From Macrostomum lignano (Eukaryota), in assembly GCA_002269645.1 (NCBI GenBank), contig NIVC01000546.1:1-64000 (forward strand): a stretch of 64,000 nt of DNA, given 5' to 3'. Positions 13,501 to 24,570 of the stretch are shown here, one piece after another (within the stretch, counting starts at the first letter, position 1; each line of letters opens with the position of its first letter). Under the pieces are notes generated by a model. The model saw nothing but the letters and a program-made list of their open reading frames with translations. It searched no databases and was not told the DNA's origin. A program made the position numbers and the translations under genes.

Positions 13501-16218
13501 TGCGTCCTATTGGATTGGGCTGAACGAGCTGGGCCAAACCAGCGGCTGGTCGTGGACCGATGGCACCGGGGTCAACTACTTCAACTGGAACGTAGGTGAG
13601 CCAAACAACGCAGGCGGAGCTGAGCACTGTGGCGCTTTTTACTCCAGCAACGGACTTTGGAACGACGACCAGTGTGGAGAGCGTCACCGATTCATCTGCA
13701 AGCGAAACAACGATACGAGCAGAACGGTGGCGCCTACCACTCCGATGCCAGGATATTGCCCGAAATGGTACTTCAGAGTTGGCAACAAGTGCTTCAGAAT
13801 TTATGAAGATCAACTGCTGACATGGGCGGATGCAAGAGCTGTGTGCGCAAACACTGGTTCAGAAAATGTTCGCGGCTATCTGGCCAGCATCTCGAACGAG
13901 TACGAACAAGGTCCGTCCCGCAACATTTGATTGCTGTAACAAAATGTTATGTATTAAGCGTTTTTAATGTTTTGTAAATTGTTTTTCATTTTAGCCGCGC
14001 TCACCTCCTACAAGTCATACAACGATAGCAACCTATGGATTGGCCTGTTCGCTCGATACAACATACATTTGTACTACTGGCTTGATAACACACCTTTTAC
14101 CTACAGTAACTGGGCTTACAACGAGCCCAATAGCGTTAATGTAAGTAAATATCTTCTAAACATTTCCAAGGAACTTATTTTGCTTGTTTTAACATATTTG
14201 TAAAAAATTCTAGGAAATGTGCGTCCATATGTACACCGAGAGATTTCGAGCCGGACAATGGAACGACGCAGACTGCAACAGAAAAATGGGATTCGTGTGC
14301 ATGACATACAAAGATAAGAGTCTCGTAACTGAATGGCAGCCGCCAACCTCCACCGTTTGCGAGGCCAACTGGAAGCCGTTTGGCTCATCCTGCTACAGGT
14401 ACCTACCCACTGCCAACAGCTGGAGCGACGCGCAGAGGTCTTGTGCCAGTCTTGGCGCTAACTTGGCTTCAATACACGACGTCTACGAGCAAAACTTTGC
14501 CCACTACCTGACTGAATCAATCGCCCAGGTGCCAACTTGGATTGGACTGTCCGATGTAAACAGCATGCGAGGCAACTACCAGTGGAGCGACAGATGGCAC
14601 TTAACATACGTAAACTGGGGCAGCGGTCAGCCAGGCAATAATGAGCAGGCTACCTGCGTGCAGATTGACAAGACAGGCGCCTGGTTCGCCGTCAACTGCA
14701 CCACTCGCCTGCCAGCCTTGTGCCGGAAAAGCAACGGCCCGATGCCAACAACGCAGCCTCATCTGCCTGGCACTTGCCCGCCAGAGTTTGTCCCCCAGTT
14801 TGACAGCTGCTACTTTGCAGCCAACAGCACAGTTCGCGTCTCGGCTTCGACTGCTCAGATCGAGTGCCAGAGGCTCTACCGCTCTAACCTAGTGAGCATA
14901 CTCACCCAGAGCGAGCAGAACTTTGTTGCCGGCCTAATAAATAGCAAAGTCCAACAGTCGGGCACTCGTCGGGACTATTGGATTGGCTTGCTGCGCAGCA
15001 GCACCGGAGGCTTTGAGTGGAACGACCTCAGCCCGCTGGGCTATGTCTACTGGAGCTTGAACGAGCCGTCCAACACGCCTAACGAAAACTGCGTTGAAAT
15101 GTACGAAAGCAACAAGAAGTGGAACGATCACTATTGCAGCAAGCTCAACTCGTACGTCTGCAAGATGCCCAAACTACCGTCAACGGACTCGGGAATAACG
15201 ACCACTACAACAGCTACCACCAGGACAACTCAGACCACGGTCAGTGGACAGACAAGGCCTACACAGCAACTTACAACAACGCGACCTGTTACTACACAGA
15301 GTCCCGGTGTTAGAGCTATTGCAGGTGAGAGTGCAACAGTTTAGAACATAACCAGCAAGTGATATGTACTCTAGAGATTTGTGAAATTTTCTGGCTTCAA
15401 GCGCCCCTGAAATTTTACAAGCGTATGTAGAAAACTCTCGATTTTCTTTAAAATGTTCAGAGGCTGCTAAGGAAGCTACATGTATGCTCAGCAGCAGACA
15501 AAAGTGTCCACCCTTTTTTCGGGAGAATTTCGACTCTCAGTTAAATGGCAAATCGGTCTTACAATTCGACCATATAGACAAATTTCGCCTATGGGTGGGA
15601 CGCTTGCTGAGAACAAGCATGGACAAGAAAGTCTGTTTGAGGCAGAACAGTCCATTCATCTGTTGACAAAATTCCCCGGATTAAATCCCATGATTTTGTG
15701 AGCCGCGCGGCCCATGGAATCGTCAATAATGTGTCTCAGTGGTTTTGAATGCATTCCGTGACCGCTAGTTTCGTCAATGGTTAATGCTTAGTGGCGCCCC
15801 CGAAATGGTCTATGGATTTGAGGACATGAAAGAGCGAATGAGATTCCGTCTCATTACTGCCCGAAAATCCATAAGAAGAACCATTAGTTACATTACTTAA
15901 TCCACAGTCCCACTGCATGCAATAAACCCATCTGGACTATCTCAATCACTCGCAGATCTGAAAAACGACGCCTTGGTGATAGGCGCTGTTGTGCTGTTCC
16001 TAGCCCTGCTCATTGGAGCAGTTTTGGCCGTGTTTTTCTACCGCCGGCAAGTCGGCCCGAAGTCCGTGGGCGGCGGCGGCGGCGGCGGCGAGGAGTCCGG
16101 CTTTGCCAACGCGAACTGGTCCAGCGCCACCAATGAGGTGAGCCTGGAGACCGGCAGGTCGGGAGACACCGAATCCAAGGACGGCTTCTCGAATCCGTCA
16201 TTTGCCGGGGACAACTAA
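4517..16218 (+). CDS. Mannose-receptor-like type I membrane protein with 12 C-type lectin domains (1926 aa)
   Basis: 17 GT-AG exons with consistent phases: 4517-4586, 5181-5350, 5724-5869, 6407-6546, 6630-6735, 6959-7423, 7520-7602, 8371-8604, 9445-9840, 9948-10144, 10390-10475, 10607-11034, 11128-11294, 12338-13910, 13995-14140, 14214-15324, 15956-16218 (5781 nt in total). Encodes a signal peptide, 12 CTLDs (WIGL-type motifs, EPN/WND), a Thr-rich stalk, a TM helix (LVIGAVVLFLALLIGAVLAVFFY) and a tail ending GFSNPSFAGDN. Confidence 0.93.
4864..5150. repeat. 41-bp minisatellite, 7 copies (intron 1 of the lectin receptor)
   Basis: Unit GCAAGGATGCACTTGAGAATAGCTGCAATGTAGTTATTGAC, copies near-identical. 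Confidence 0.97.
6052..6349 (-). mobile_element. tRNA-derived SINE with a CORE-like central domain (family A, copy 1)
   Basis: The minus strand has a tRNA-like head (GTAGCCTAGTGGTTAG...GGTTTCGATTC) followed by TGTGTCCTTGAGCAGGATACTTAACTCTGCATTGCTTCAGTTCACCCAGATGTAAAATGGG. A second copy lies at 44889-45150. Confidence 0.85.
7778..7997 (+). mobile_element. hAT(Charlie)-like terminal fragment followed by a CT tract
   Basis: GTGTCCAAAAAACTCCGGCCCACGGGTCAAAT resembles the GTGTCCAAACT.CGGCCCGCGGGCC ends of hAT-Charlie elements, by recall. No partner end was found. Confidence 0.4.
8065..8266. mobile_element. Small palindromic MITE-like element
   Basis: Left TTTTATAAGACCTCAATTTCATAA versus right TGTGAAATTTGGGTCTTAAAATA; inner CGCCTAAATTTCATATCGCCT versus AGGCGATATGAAGTTTAG. 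Confidence 0.55.
8701..9225. mobile_element. Non-autonomous DNA transposon with ~83-bp terminal inverted repeats (possibly Kolobok/T2-like)
   Basis: 8703-8783 (AGAGGATGTGAACTAAAGAGTCAGAATGGAGCCCGAAAC...CTACGCCAATCCCTTCATTTTGAGC) is the reverse complement of 9143-9225 with few mismatches. TTAA is present at the left flank only. Confidence 0.75.
11577..12052 (+). repeat. hAT-like end (11577-11642) followed by a (GAGAG)n purine tract
   Basis: CAGGGATCAGCAAACTTT...AAGGGCCAGAT, then about 390 bp of GGAGA repeats, in intron 13 of the lectin gene. Confidence 0.75.
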
Positions 16219-16805
16219 TCAAGCCACGGGAGTTGGGAACAAAATGACAGATTACTGCTGGTAGACTGCTTTGTAAAGTGCAACAGATCTGCAACCCTAA
16301 TGATCCGCTCCGAATGTGAAAAATTGTAATTGCTTAGTTTTCTGACTTGAGATGCTTATATTAAACTGAATCATGAAGCAATTTAATAGTAGAAATACCA
16401 ACGCAAATAATTGCTACCTCCTAACCTCCTATCAACACGAAGGTAAAAAATCAGAGAATTCAGAGAACTAAGGTGACGCATTTTTAAAGTATAAGCGAGT
16501 CATCACCAGCTTAAAGTCTACTGAGGTTTGCATGGTCAAAAAATTGTTTAGAAAAAAACTTGGTATTTCTACTAAAAATTTCAGTTATTAGGCTTACTAA
16601 AGCAAAATTGATAAATGATTTTAATAATCGAATAATAAAAAATTCTCGATGCCTTTTCAATAATAAATACATGAACAATAATTTAACTTTGAAAACGTCA
16701 ACTCAAATTGTATCAACTCTGTATTTAGCTGTCATAAAACATTTGAATACACAGAAATGACACAGAATAAAAGTGCGGTAAATTAAAGTTACTAAGACTA
16801 CAGTT

Positions 16806-17165
16806 AGGGGGGCCGTAGCCCAGCGGTAGCGCAGCTGCTCTGGTGTGCCAGCGACCCAGGCTCGATTCCAAGTGCAGTCACATTAATTTGGGGCTGAATT
16901 GGAATCTCGGCTTGGCTCTGCTCGTGCAATTAACGGCCTTGAGAGCCAACCCCCCAAGGCGCAGTGAAGTGTACATGCCTAACGATAATATAAAGTTAGG
17001 GCCGCTGTACACTCCTGTGTGAGTGTGTGCCTGCGTACGTATCCGCGCGCTTGTATGCCTGCTCAGGGGAGTCGGCGGAATGGGCAGTAATGCCTCTCGC
17101 CAGTTGTGTGCCTATGTCGCTTAAAGTGCGCCAGGGTGCACACAACCCCCTGCCTCTAATAAAAA
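16806..17165 (+). mobile_element. tRNA-derived SINE (family B, copy 1) with a 12-bp TSD
   Basis: Head GGGGGGCCGTAGCCCAGCGGTAG (A box) and GGCTCGATTCC (B box-like); A-rich tail; TSD AAGACTACAGTT at 16794-16805 and 17166-17177. Near-identical copy at 40909. Confidence 0.92.
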
Positions 17166-17737
17166 AAGACTACAGTTTTTGTTACTTTAAAATATAAATT
17201 AATTCTACAAAACATAGTAAAACTCTACTTGAGACTTTTATAAGTAGGAATTTCTGCAAAGAAGCGTGTCTTTGTGCTCAAAGTACTCATACAAAAGCAG
17301 CTGCGCTCAGATGCAGGGCAAATTTTATACTCAGTACAGTACACAGGTAAATAAAAGCGCAACAATACGCATTGATTGCTAGAAATTAGGCACTAATGTG
17401 TGGACAAGCTTACAGGTAACAGCTGATTTATATGATGCTTAAGCTCATGCTAATCTTCGGAAAAATATCATTTCTTGGAATTCGATACCTTAGTCGTAAT
17501 TCCTAATATTAATGCCGTGTCGTCCTTCAAATGCCTATAACTGTCGAATAACTACATAACCAAACCTACAACTTTAGTAGTCTTTCCTATTGTTACCATG
17601 GTGATCTGCAACGATTCAAAACCGGCTCTGGGTCAGTAGGCTGATCCAGGTAAACATTCTCATCGGACTAAACCAGGCTGTAACGGGCGGCACAGGAATT
17701 ATGCAATGTTTTGTTGTCCAACAAATTTGTCCGCTGC

Positions 17738-20700
17738 TCACGCGACCAGGTGACCAACTAGTTCGTCATCTTCAGCGCGCAGATGGGGCCGGTGCAGCGG
17801 GCTCAGCCAGCGCCAGGAGGCCGGCTGGCCGAACACCCTGGCCAGTCGGTCAGAACAGCTCAAACCTTGAGCAGTTCTCTGCTCGCCTTTGATTCGCTCG
17901 ATTCCCTGGGGGAGGCAATTTTTGTACTGTAGAGTGGGAAGAAAATTCCCTGAAACTTATCCAGCAAGGAAGGTGAAGACACGACCCCCTGCCTCAATCA
18001 ATAAGAAGCGCTGATGCCCAAGTTCAAGAGAAAGAGCTTCTAATGCAAAGACTTCGGGGTGAAAACAAAATAAAAGTATTTTATAGTTACGAGCTATAGT
18101 TTACAAGACGCTCCTTGCTCTCCTCTAGCCTTGATCATTGTAAACTATTGAATTATCGTTTTAAATTTGAGACTATTTTGATATATTCCTCATCGAGAAC
18201 TCAAAGAGAAACCTTTCCCAAGCAGAAAATTTTAAGTTTGTCCCGACAAACGACTCCAGCTAGCCGAAAGTTTCTTACGTAAATTAGAAGACAATGTCTT
18301 TCAAGTTTTGCACAAGCCACATCAATAAAGGAGTGCAATTTCAAGGACCACTGTAGTACGAAGTATAACAGGATTCAAAACTCAAAGATGGTTTACTTTT
18401 TGAAGGCCAATTTCCACACGAAAAAATATAGGAAAAAAATTATTACTTCATCGCGTAGTTAATGATTGCATTTGATCTGGGGGCAGTAGAGCTTACCTTT
18501 ATTTTTATTTAGCATGTACAGAAGGTTACTCTGTTATATTTTATGTTGCTGTGTTTAGCCTCCGAAAAAAAACTACACCTTGTGCAAGTTACAAGGCCCT
18601 CTATGCTTTCATCATCGCAAAATCAAAACTACTTGAAGTATAGACGAGAGGTTTGGACACTACAAAACATACGACACTTCACAATGTCCACTTACCGTTG
18701 TGTTGGTGAGAATAGCGCTGATCTGCGATCCCGCCATCACTGCGGTGAATATGCCAAATAAGAGGCTGAGCACAATCAGTATGAGCAGTAGCATTGTGCT
18801 CATAGCGGGAGATGGACCGCCGCTACAGGCTGAAGGGTTTAATACAACCTACTTTATGAGCCACTGAATCAATTAGTCCTTTATGCTGTTATACAATTTC
18901 AGTTCAAATTGTACTCACCATCCCACTCAGATCTGAGACAGATTGCGAAATAGTGCAAGCACAAGTAGACGGTAAACCAACTCACTAGGGAAATGTAAGC
19001 CTGGAAATCGTGTTGTAGGGGGGGGGGTATTTCAAACAGTTAGTAACATGAATTAGTTCTCTTCTGTTTAGGATGTGTTTGAAGGTATTCCCAAAGCAAA
19101 CAAAATGTTATAATAAAAATTAATAAAAATATATTTAATAAATTATTCATTACATGTCGTTAATAACCAGCTGAGAAGCTTCGTAAGTCAAGATCGGTTG
19201 CAATCTGGGGTAAGTTAAGCAGTTAACGGGTTTGGGCGGATTTGGTTCCCCCTACTATTAGTTTCGGAAAGGAGGATTTATGCGGTTGCCTACCTGATGG
19301 GAGACTCGACCACCGCAATAAGCTTCCAGACTCGCTCCAATAGTTTAGCCTTTTCCGTAGACTTCGGGTTTTCCCACTCTCGGACAGCTTTCCAAAATTT
19401 TTCCAAAATTTTTCTCGCGCGCACACTCGGGCTTTTTGTCGTTGGGGGGGGGGGGGAGGGGGTGGCGTGGGTGGATTCGGCCCTTGCACCATCCCTGATT
19501 CCCCTATGGGTTGGCGGTGTCTTAGTCCATAGGCTTGGGTTAGTAGCAACCAATAAGGCTTCACCAGGCCTTGAGTCCTGGTCCCAATCTGGGCCTCTCG
19601 GGCTTCGGCCCTGGTACCATGGCCCCCTACAAGATCCAGAGGCAGAGCCCTACTTCGGCTGATCCGCTGGTAGCCCCGGCTTCCCACCCCGTTTAGCAAC
19701 AGCAACAACAACAATTGAACCGATGGACTTAAAAGCTGCTGACCAGCTAATTAAACTTACGGTAAACAGGACAAAGAATTTCTGATTGCGCAGCCCGACA
19801 CAGTTGTTAATCCACGGGCAGTGATGATCCATGCGACGAATGCAGCGGCCGCAGACGCTGCAGTGATGCGTGCGGTCCGGCTTGACGCAGTCGCAGCGGG
19901 CGCAGCGGTACACGACGCGGTCACGACCGTCTGGCATTGGGCCCAAGCGCAGCAAGTTCTCGTGGTTGGCGCTACCAAGCGGTACCGCACCCTGCGTGAA
20001 CAGTTAGTTTTAAATGCGAGTTTAGAGCGAGTTTTAGTGGGCTCGGAGGTAAATGAGTGAGTGGCTTTAGGGGATCGGGTTAAATGACTGGAGTTGAGGG
20101 AGTAGAGATTGAAAAGGATGGAGTTGATGGAAAGTTATTTGGCAGGTTGAGGGGATGGAGATCGAGAACATGGAATTGAAGGATGGGGTTTGAGAGAGGG
20201 GTTTGAGGGGATGGGGATAGAGGACACGGGGTTTGAGGGGATGGGGATAGAGGACACGGAGTTTGAGGGGATGGGGATCGAGAGGATGGGGATAGAGGGC
20301 ACGGGGTTTGAGGTTATGGGGTTTGAGGGGATGGGGTTTGAGGTGATGGGGTTTGAGGTGATGGGGTTTGAAGTGACGGGGTTTGAGGTGATGGGGTTTG
20401 AGGTGATGGGGTTTGAGGAGATGGGGATCGAGGGGATGGGGATTGGGGATGGGGATTAAGGGGATGGGGTTTGAGAGGATGGGGTTTGAGGGGATGAGAT
20501 TGAGGTGATGGCGATTTAGATGGGAATTGAGGAATTGAGATGGGATTGCGAAGATGGATATTGAGTGACGGGGTGATTAAAATGGAGTAGATTCAAAATG
20601 AATATTTGGGAATGGGAATTGAGGCGGTAGGGATTAAATAGGTTGGGGTGCAGAAGAGATTCGGTGGATGGCGATCGAGCGGGTGGGAATTAAAGTCTAA

Positions 20701-21226
20701 AAGCAAAAGCAACGGCTGAAATCAAACCGGATCGCTGAAGGCAGCCCGCAGATGCGCAGTCAACGCCAGCCCCATCAGTATGTGGAAGCAGATGCCGCCA
20801 AGAAGTCGGAATGTGGCAGAAGGCGCTGGGGCGAGAATGACGCAGAGGGTGATAAGTTCAGCGTAGAGCATGACAAGCCAAGCCAGGCAGAGGCAGACAA
20901 GGCCGAGACCGTCGCGTACAATCTTAATAAATCAGAATGAGAAATAACTTGTTCAAAACTTCTCAGCTGCTACTTAAGAGTCAATTCTTGCTTTCACAGC
21001 TCACCCATCTGCCAGCAGCGTCTACCCGGGTCTGCCTGCCTGGCCGAGCAGTCCAGCCAGCGGCAGTGCGCACTAAAATTCGTGGCCCAACTGGCTGCTG
21101 CAAATCACTGCTAGTTGTGGTGGAGCAGTCATTTTCGTGAACCAGCTGGACTGCTGGAGACTGCTGGCCCTGCTGAATAGCTGAGGCATCTGGGTCCAAG
21201 TCGAGGAGGGTAGACTTGTCCTCCAT
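17738..21226 (-). CDS. ZDHHC3: DHHC palmitoyltransferase, ZDHHC3/7 subfamily (343 aa)
   Basis: Exons 21226-21005, 20922-20728, 19991-19761, 19000-18919, 18829-18696 and 17905-17738, all in frame. Motifs include [47 protein letters not shown] and TTGIE, with four TM segments. Confidence 0.93.
20170..20500. repeat. G-rich degenerate minisatellite (GAGGGGATGGGGTTT-like) in ZDHHC intron 2
   Basis: Repeated GGGG tracts with about 15-nt periodicity. Confidence 0.9.
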
Positions 21227-22001
21227 CTGAAGAAAGCAATTTATTTATTTATTTTTATAATTACTAAGCAAAATTTTGGGTTGATAACTTATAATTTGAC
21301 TTATAAAGTATAATATAAATAATGCTTTATTGGCTTGATAAACATTTATAAATAACACTTGGGTTAAAAGACTTGGCTTGGTTATATTATTCTATATATC
21401 TTACTAGGTCTATGGAAAGTGTACTGATTTATAAGTGAGATGCCTAAAAAATATCTTGGTCTAGGCATAAATATTAAAAAAACTATTGACTAGCATTATC
21501 TTTGAACCACTTGATTTGTCAGCTGTGTTTGAAATATAATCTATTTAATCTATATCTAAATATAATCTTATATATAAATATAATCTAAATATGATCTAAT
21601 CTAATTTATATATAATCATATATATGAAATATAATATTCATGAAAAAATGTTTATAATATTAAAAGTAAACAGTACACAATGAGCAAAAACACATTCATT
21701 AAAACAGATTGAAATATATGACATATATATATAAGTGTGGTCAGACTTAAATATCTAAATAAAAATATCCACAACAATTAAAATATCATATTTCATAATG
21801 AGAAATTCAATAGACTCGCTTTTGGTTGTGCTTCCCAGACTTTACTATAAATAAAAACCAATTGGTTCATAATAGCAGACAAATTAATAATCGATTAAAG
21901 TTAAATTTCAGGTCCTAGAATAGAGAAGTAAGTATGCTGCCATGAATTTGTGTGTTTCGCAGTGCTGAGTTTGCCGCTGAGGCCTGCTGAACAGTTCTGT
22001 A

Positions 22002-22060
<59 letters not shown>

Positions 22061-24570
22061 AGTTGGCTCAGGCAAGAAGCCTGTTTGGCCAATATATTTC
22101 AATGTATTTAAGATTGCTTCAGGAATAGGAGACAATATTTTAGCACTAGTTATTTAATTATGATTAGTACGAGTTTTGCAAAATGGTATTTGAAAGAACG
22201 CGGAAAAGTTATTAACGATACTTGGACGACTAACGAAGCGAAAGAAAAAGCAAGGAGTTAAAAAAAGTATTGCAGTTAATAAAAGTAAAAACGAAAGAAA
22301 AATGAACAAAAACGAACTTCGAAGGGACTTTACGTTAAGCGAATGACGACGATTTAAATAGGTATTAGATAGGAAACTAATTAAATACTAATTAAGTGCT
22401 AATTAAGTAGGAAATTAAAAATGGGAAAGGCGGATTTATTTCACTGCTGATATGTCTGTTTCAGTTTGCATAACTGTTTTAGCTATTCATGACTTCATAT
22501 ATTTTAGCTACACCAGTGAGCTCTTTTCTGACTCTTTTTTCATTTGTAGCATATCCTAACTTGTGTACTTGCTTGTCATTTAGGAGGTACTGACAGAAGT
22601 ATTTTTTTCTGAACTTTTCGGTTTGTGGACATTCGGTCAAGTAGTGTAGGATATCGGAACCATTTCTCGCTCCACACAATCTACATGGTTCATGAGAGAA
22701 AATGTTGGGTGTAATTTCGCATTTCAGTTTTAGGAGGGTTGTTAGGAATTTTTTGTTTCTAAAAGTGCATGGAAAGTAATCTGAAAGGTCAGGCCTGCAG
22801 ATTTTTTTGTAGAGATAGGCGTTTTTATAGAGTTTAATATGTTGCTGATTCTCTAGCTTTTGGCTAAGTTCTCTTTCTCTGTGTATCTTGAGGTGCTTTT
22901 TCACTAGGTATTTCTCGTTATTAAAGCTTTGGGAAAGTTTATCTTCAGTTAGTGCTTTTAAGTCTATACTTTCCAGTTTCTTTAGTATATTTGTTTTCCA
23001 TGGATTTTTTTGGCTGGTGTTTGAGTAGAAAATTTCTAGTGTCGTTTGGCAAAGTTTTTGATGTCTAATCTTCAGCCAGTAGGTAAGATAGGTTTTAGCA
23101 ATTCGTTGGGAGATTGGAGTAAGCTCAAGTTCTGATGATATCACACTGTTGCTAGCAAATTTTGGTAGATTGAGGAGATATTTGTAGAATTTCAGCTGAA
23201 TGTTATCAATAGCTTTTGTTTCAGAAATGGTAGCCAGAGGGCCCCAGAGCTCACAGCCGTACGTGATAACGGGGGTGACAAGCGCGTCGAATAGTCTGCG
23301 AATGAGTGTGATGTCCAGGGACGTATTTTTTACCTTGTGGAGTAGGGAAAACATAGCTGAATAACCCTGCTTAGTTTGATGTTCAATACATTTTTTAAAG
23401 CTGTTTTTTGGTTCAAAAATAATTCCCAGGTATTTAAATTCATTTACTTCCTCTATTTCTTGGTTGTCGTAGATTATTTTTGTAGCAAAACTTTCTGTGT
23501 CATTTTTTTGTCTGGTACTGCCCTGCATAAACTTTGTTTTGCTTGCATTAACTTTCAAGTAGTTTTGCTTGCAGTAATTTTCCATAGTTGTAAATGTGTC
23601 TTGAAGTTCATCTTTGTTTTTAGCTAGAATGGCTTGATCGTCCGCAAAGAGCAGGATGAGTGGGAAAGCAGATCTCGTAAGAGAGCGCCTAGCGCTAGAG
23701 AGTTCAAGATATTCAACAATGTCGTCAATATATAGTTCAAAAAGGATGGTAGAGAGAGGGTTACCTTGAAGAACACCTTTAGATATTGGGATTGGCTGGG
23801 TTTCATCATCATCATCATCTTTCTTTAGAATGAAACAGGCATTTTTATGCATGTTCTTGATAAGTTCTGTCATTTGACCTTTAATACCTTGGTTATCCGT
23901 TTTGTGCCAAAGGGTCGGTTGATTTAAGCTATCGAAGGCTTTTTCATAGTCAACAAAACCGATAAAGAGTTCATTTTTGTTGTAGATGGACTGGTTTATA
24001 ATGTTGTAAAGATTAAAACATTGGTCGATTGTGCTGTGATTGGGCTTGAAACCGTATTGGTATTTTGATATAAGATTGTTAGCGTATGCTAGGTTTTCAA
24101 GTCTGGATTTAATAATTTGGCAAAAGAGCTTGCCAAAAATTGGTTGAATGCAGATTCCTCTGTAATTGTTGGGGTCGGCACTGCTGCCTTTGTTTTTATA
24201 AATCGGATGAAGAGTATTTGTAATCCAACTAGTTGGAAAGGTTCCTTGTTTGAGTGCTTCGTTGAAAAGTGAGCATAGGAGGTCAGTAAGTTCGTTTTCA
24301 AGGTATTTGAGTGTTTCTACATATACTTTATCATGCCCAGGTGCTTTGTCGGTTTTGAGCTTTTTAATATGTTTTATAACTTCTTCTTTGGTGAATGGGG
24401 CATTGAAATCCTCTAAATTAGTCAGAATAGGGTTGTCAAGGTGAAGATTGTATGCTAGTCTAATGCTGCTGTCTTGTTCAGTTACAAGATTTTGAAAGTG
24501 TATGACAAATTTTTCGTCAATTGCTGCATTGTTATTGGGGCGGTTATGTGGTTTCAGTAATTTTGTAGTA
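22002..24570 (-). mobile_element. 5'-truncated non-LTR retrotransposon (RTEX/RTE-like) with an intact RT and a C-terminal zinc knuckle
   Basis: The frame is open from about 24570 to the stop at 22479 (about 697 codons; the ORF track shows only the part from Met 23873). Motifs: KAPGHD, NYRGI, QYGFKP, FVDYEKAFDS, GVLQGNPLS, LLFADD, YLGIIF, LFDALVTPVITYGCELWG, CRLC...HYLTEC. The 3' UTR ends in a (TAC)n tail at 22002-22058. Confidence 0.93.

Noticed and set aside
16806-16880. SINE heads as functional tRNA genes (also 6290-6349, 40909-40985 and 45090-45150)
   Set aside because: Cloverleaves are incomplete and each is embedded in a longer repeated body with a tail and/or TSD.
21912-21927. Plus-strand 16-nt micro-exon (TTTCAG|...|GTAAGT)
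   Set aside because: Good consensus sites, but no partner exons or gene on that strand; may be chance.
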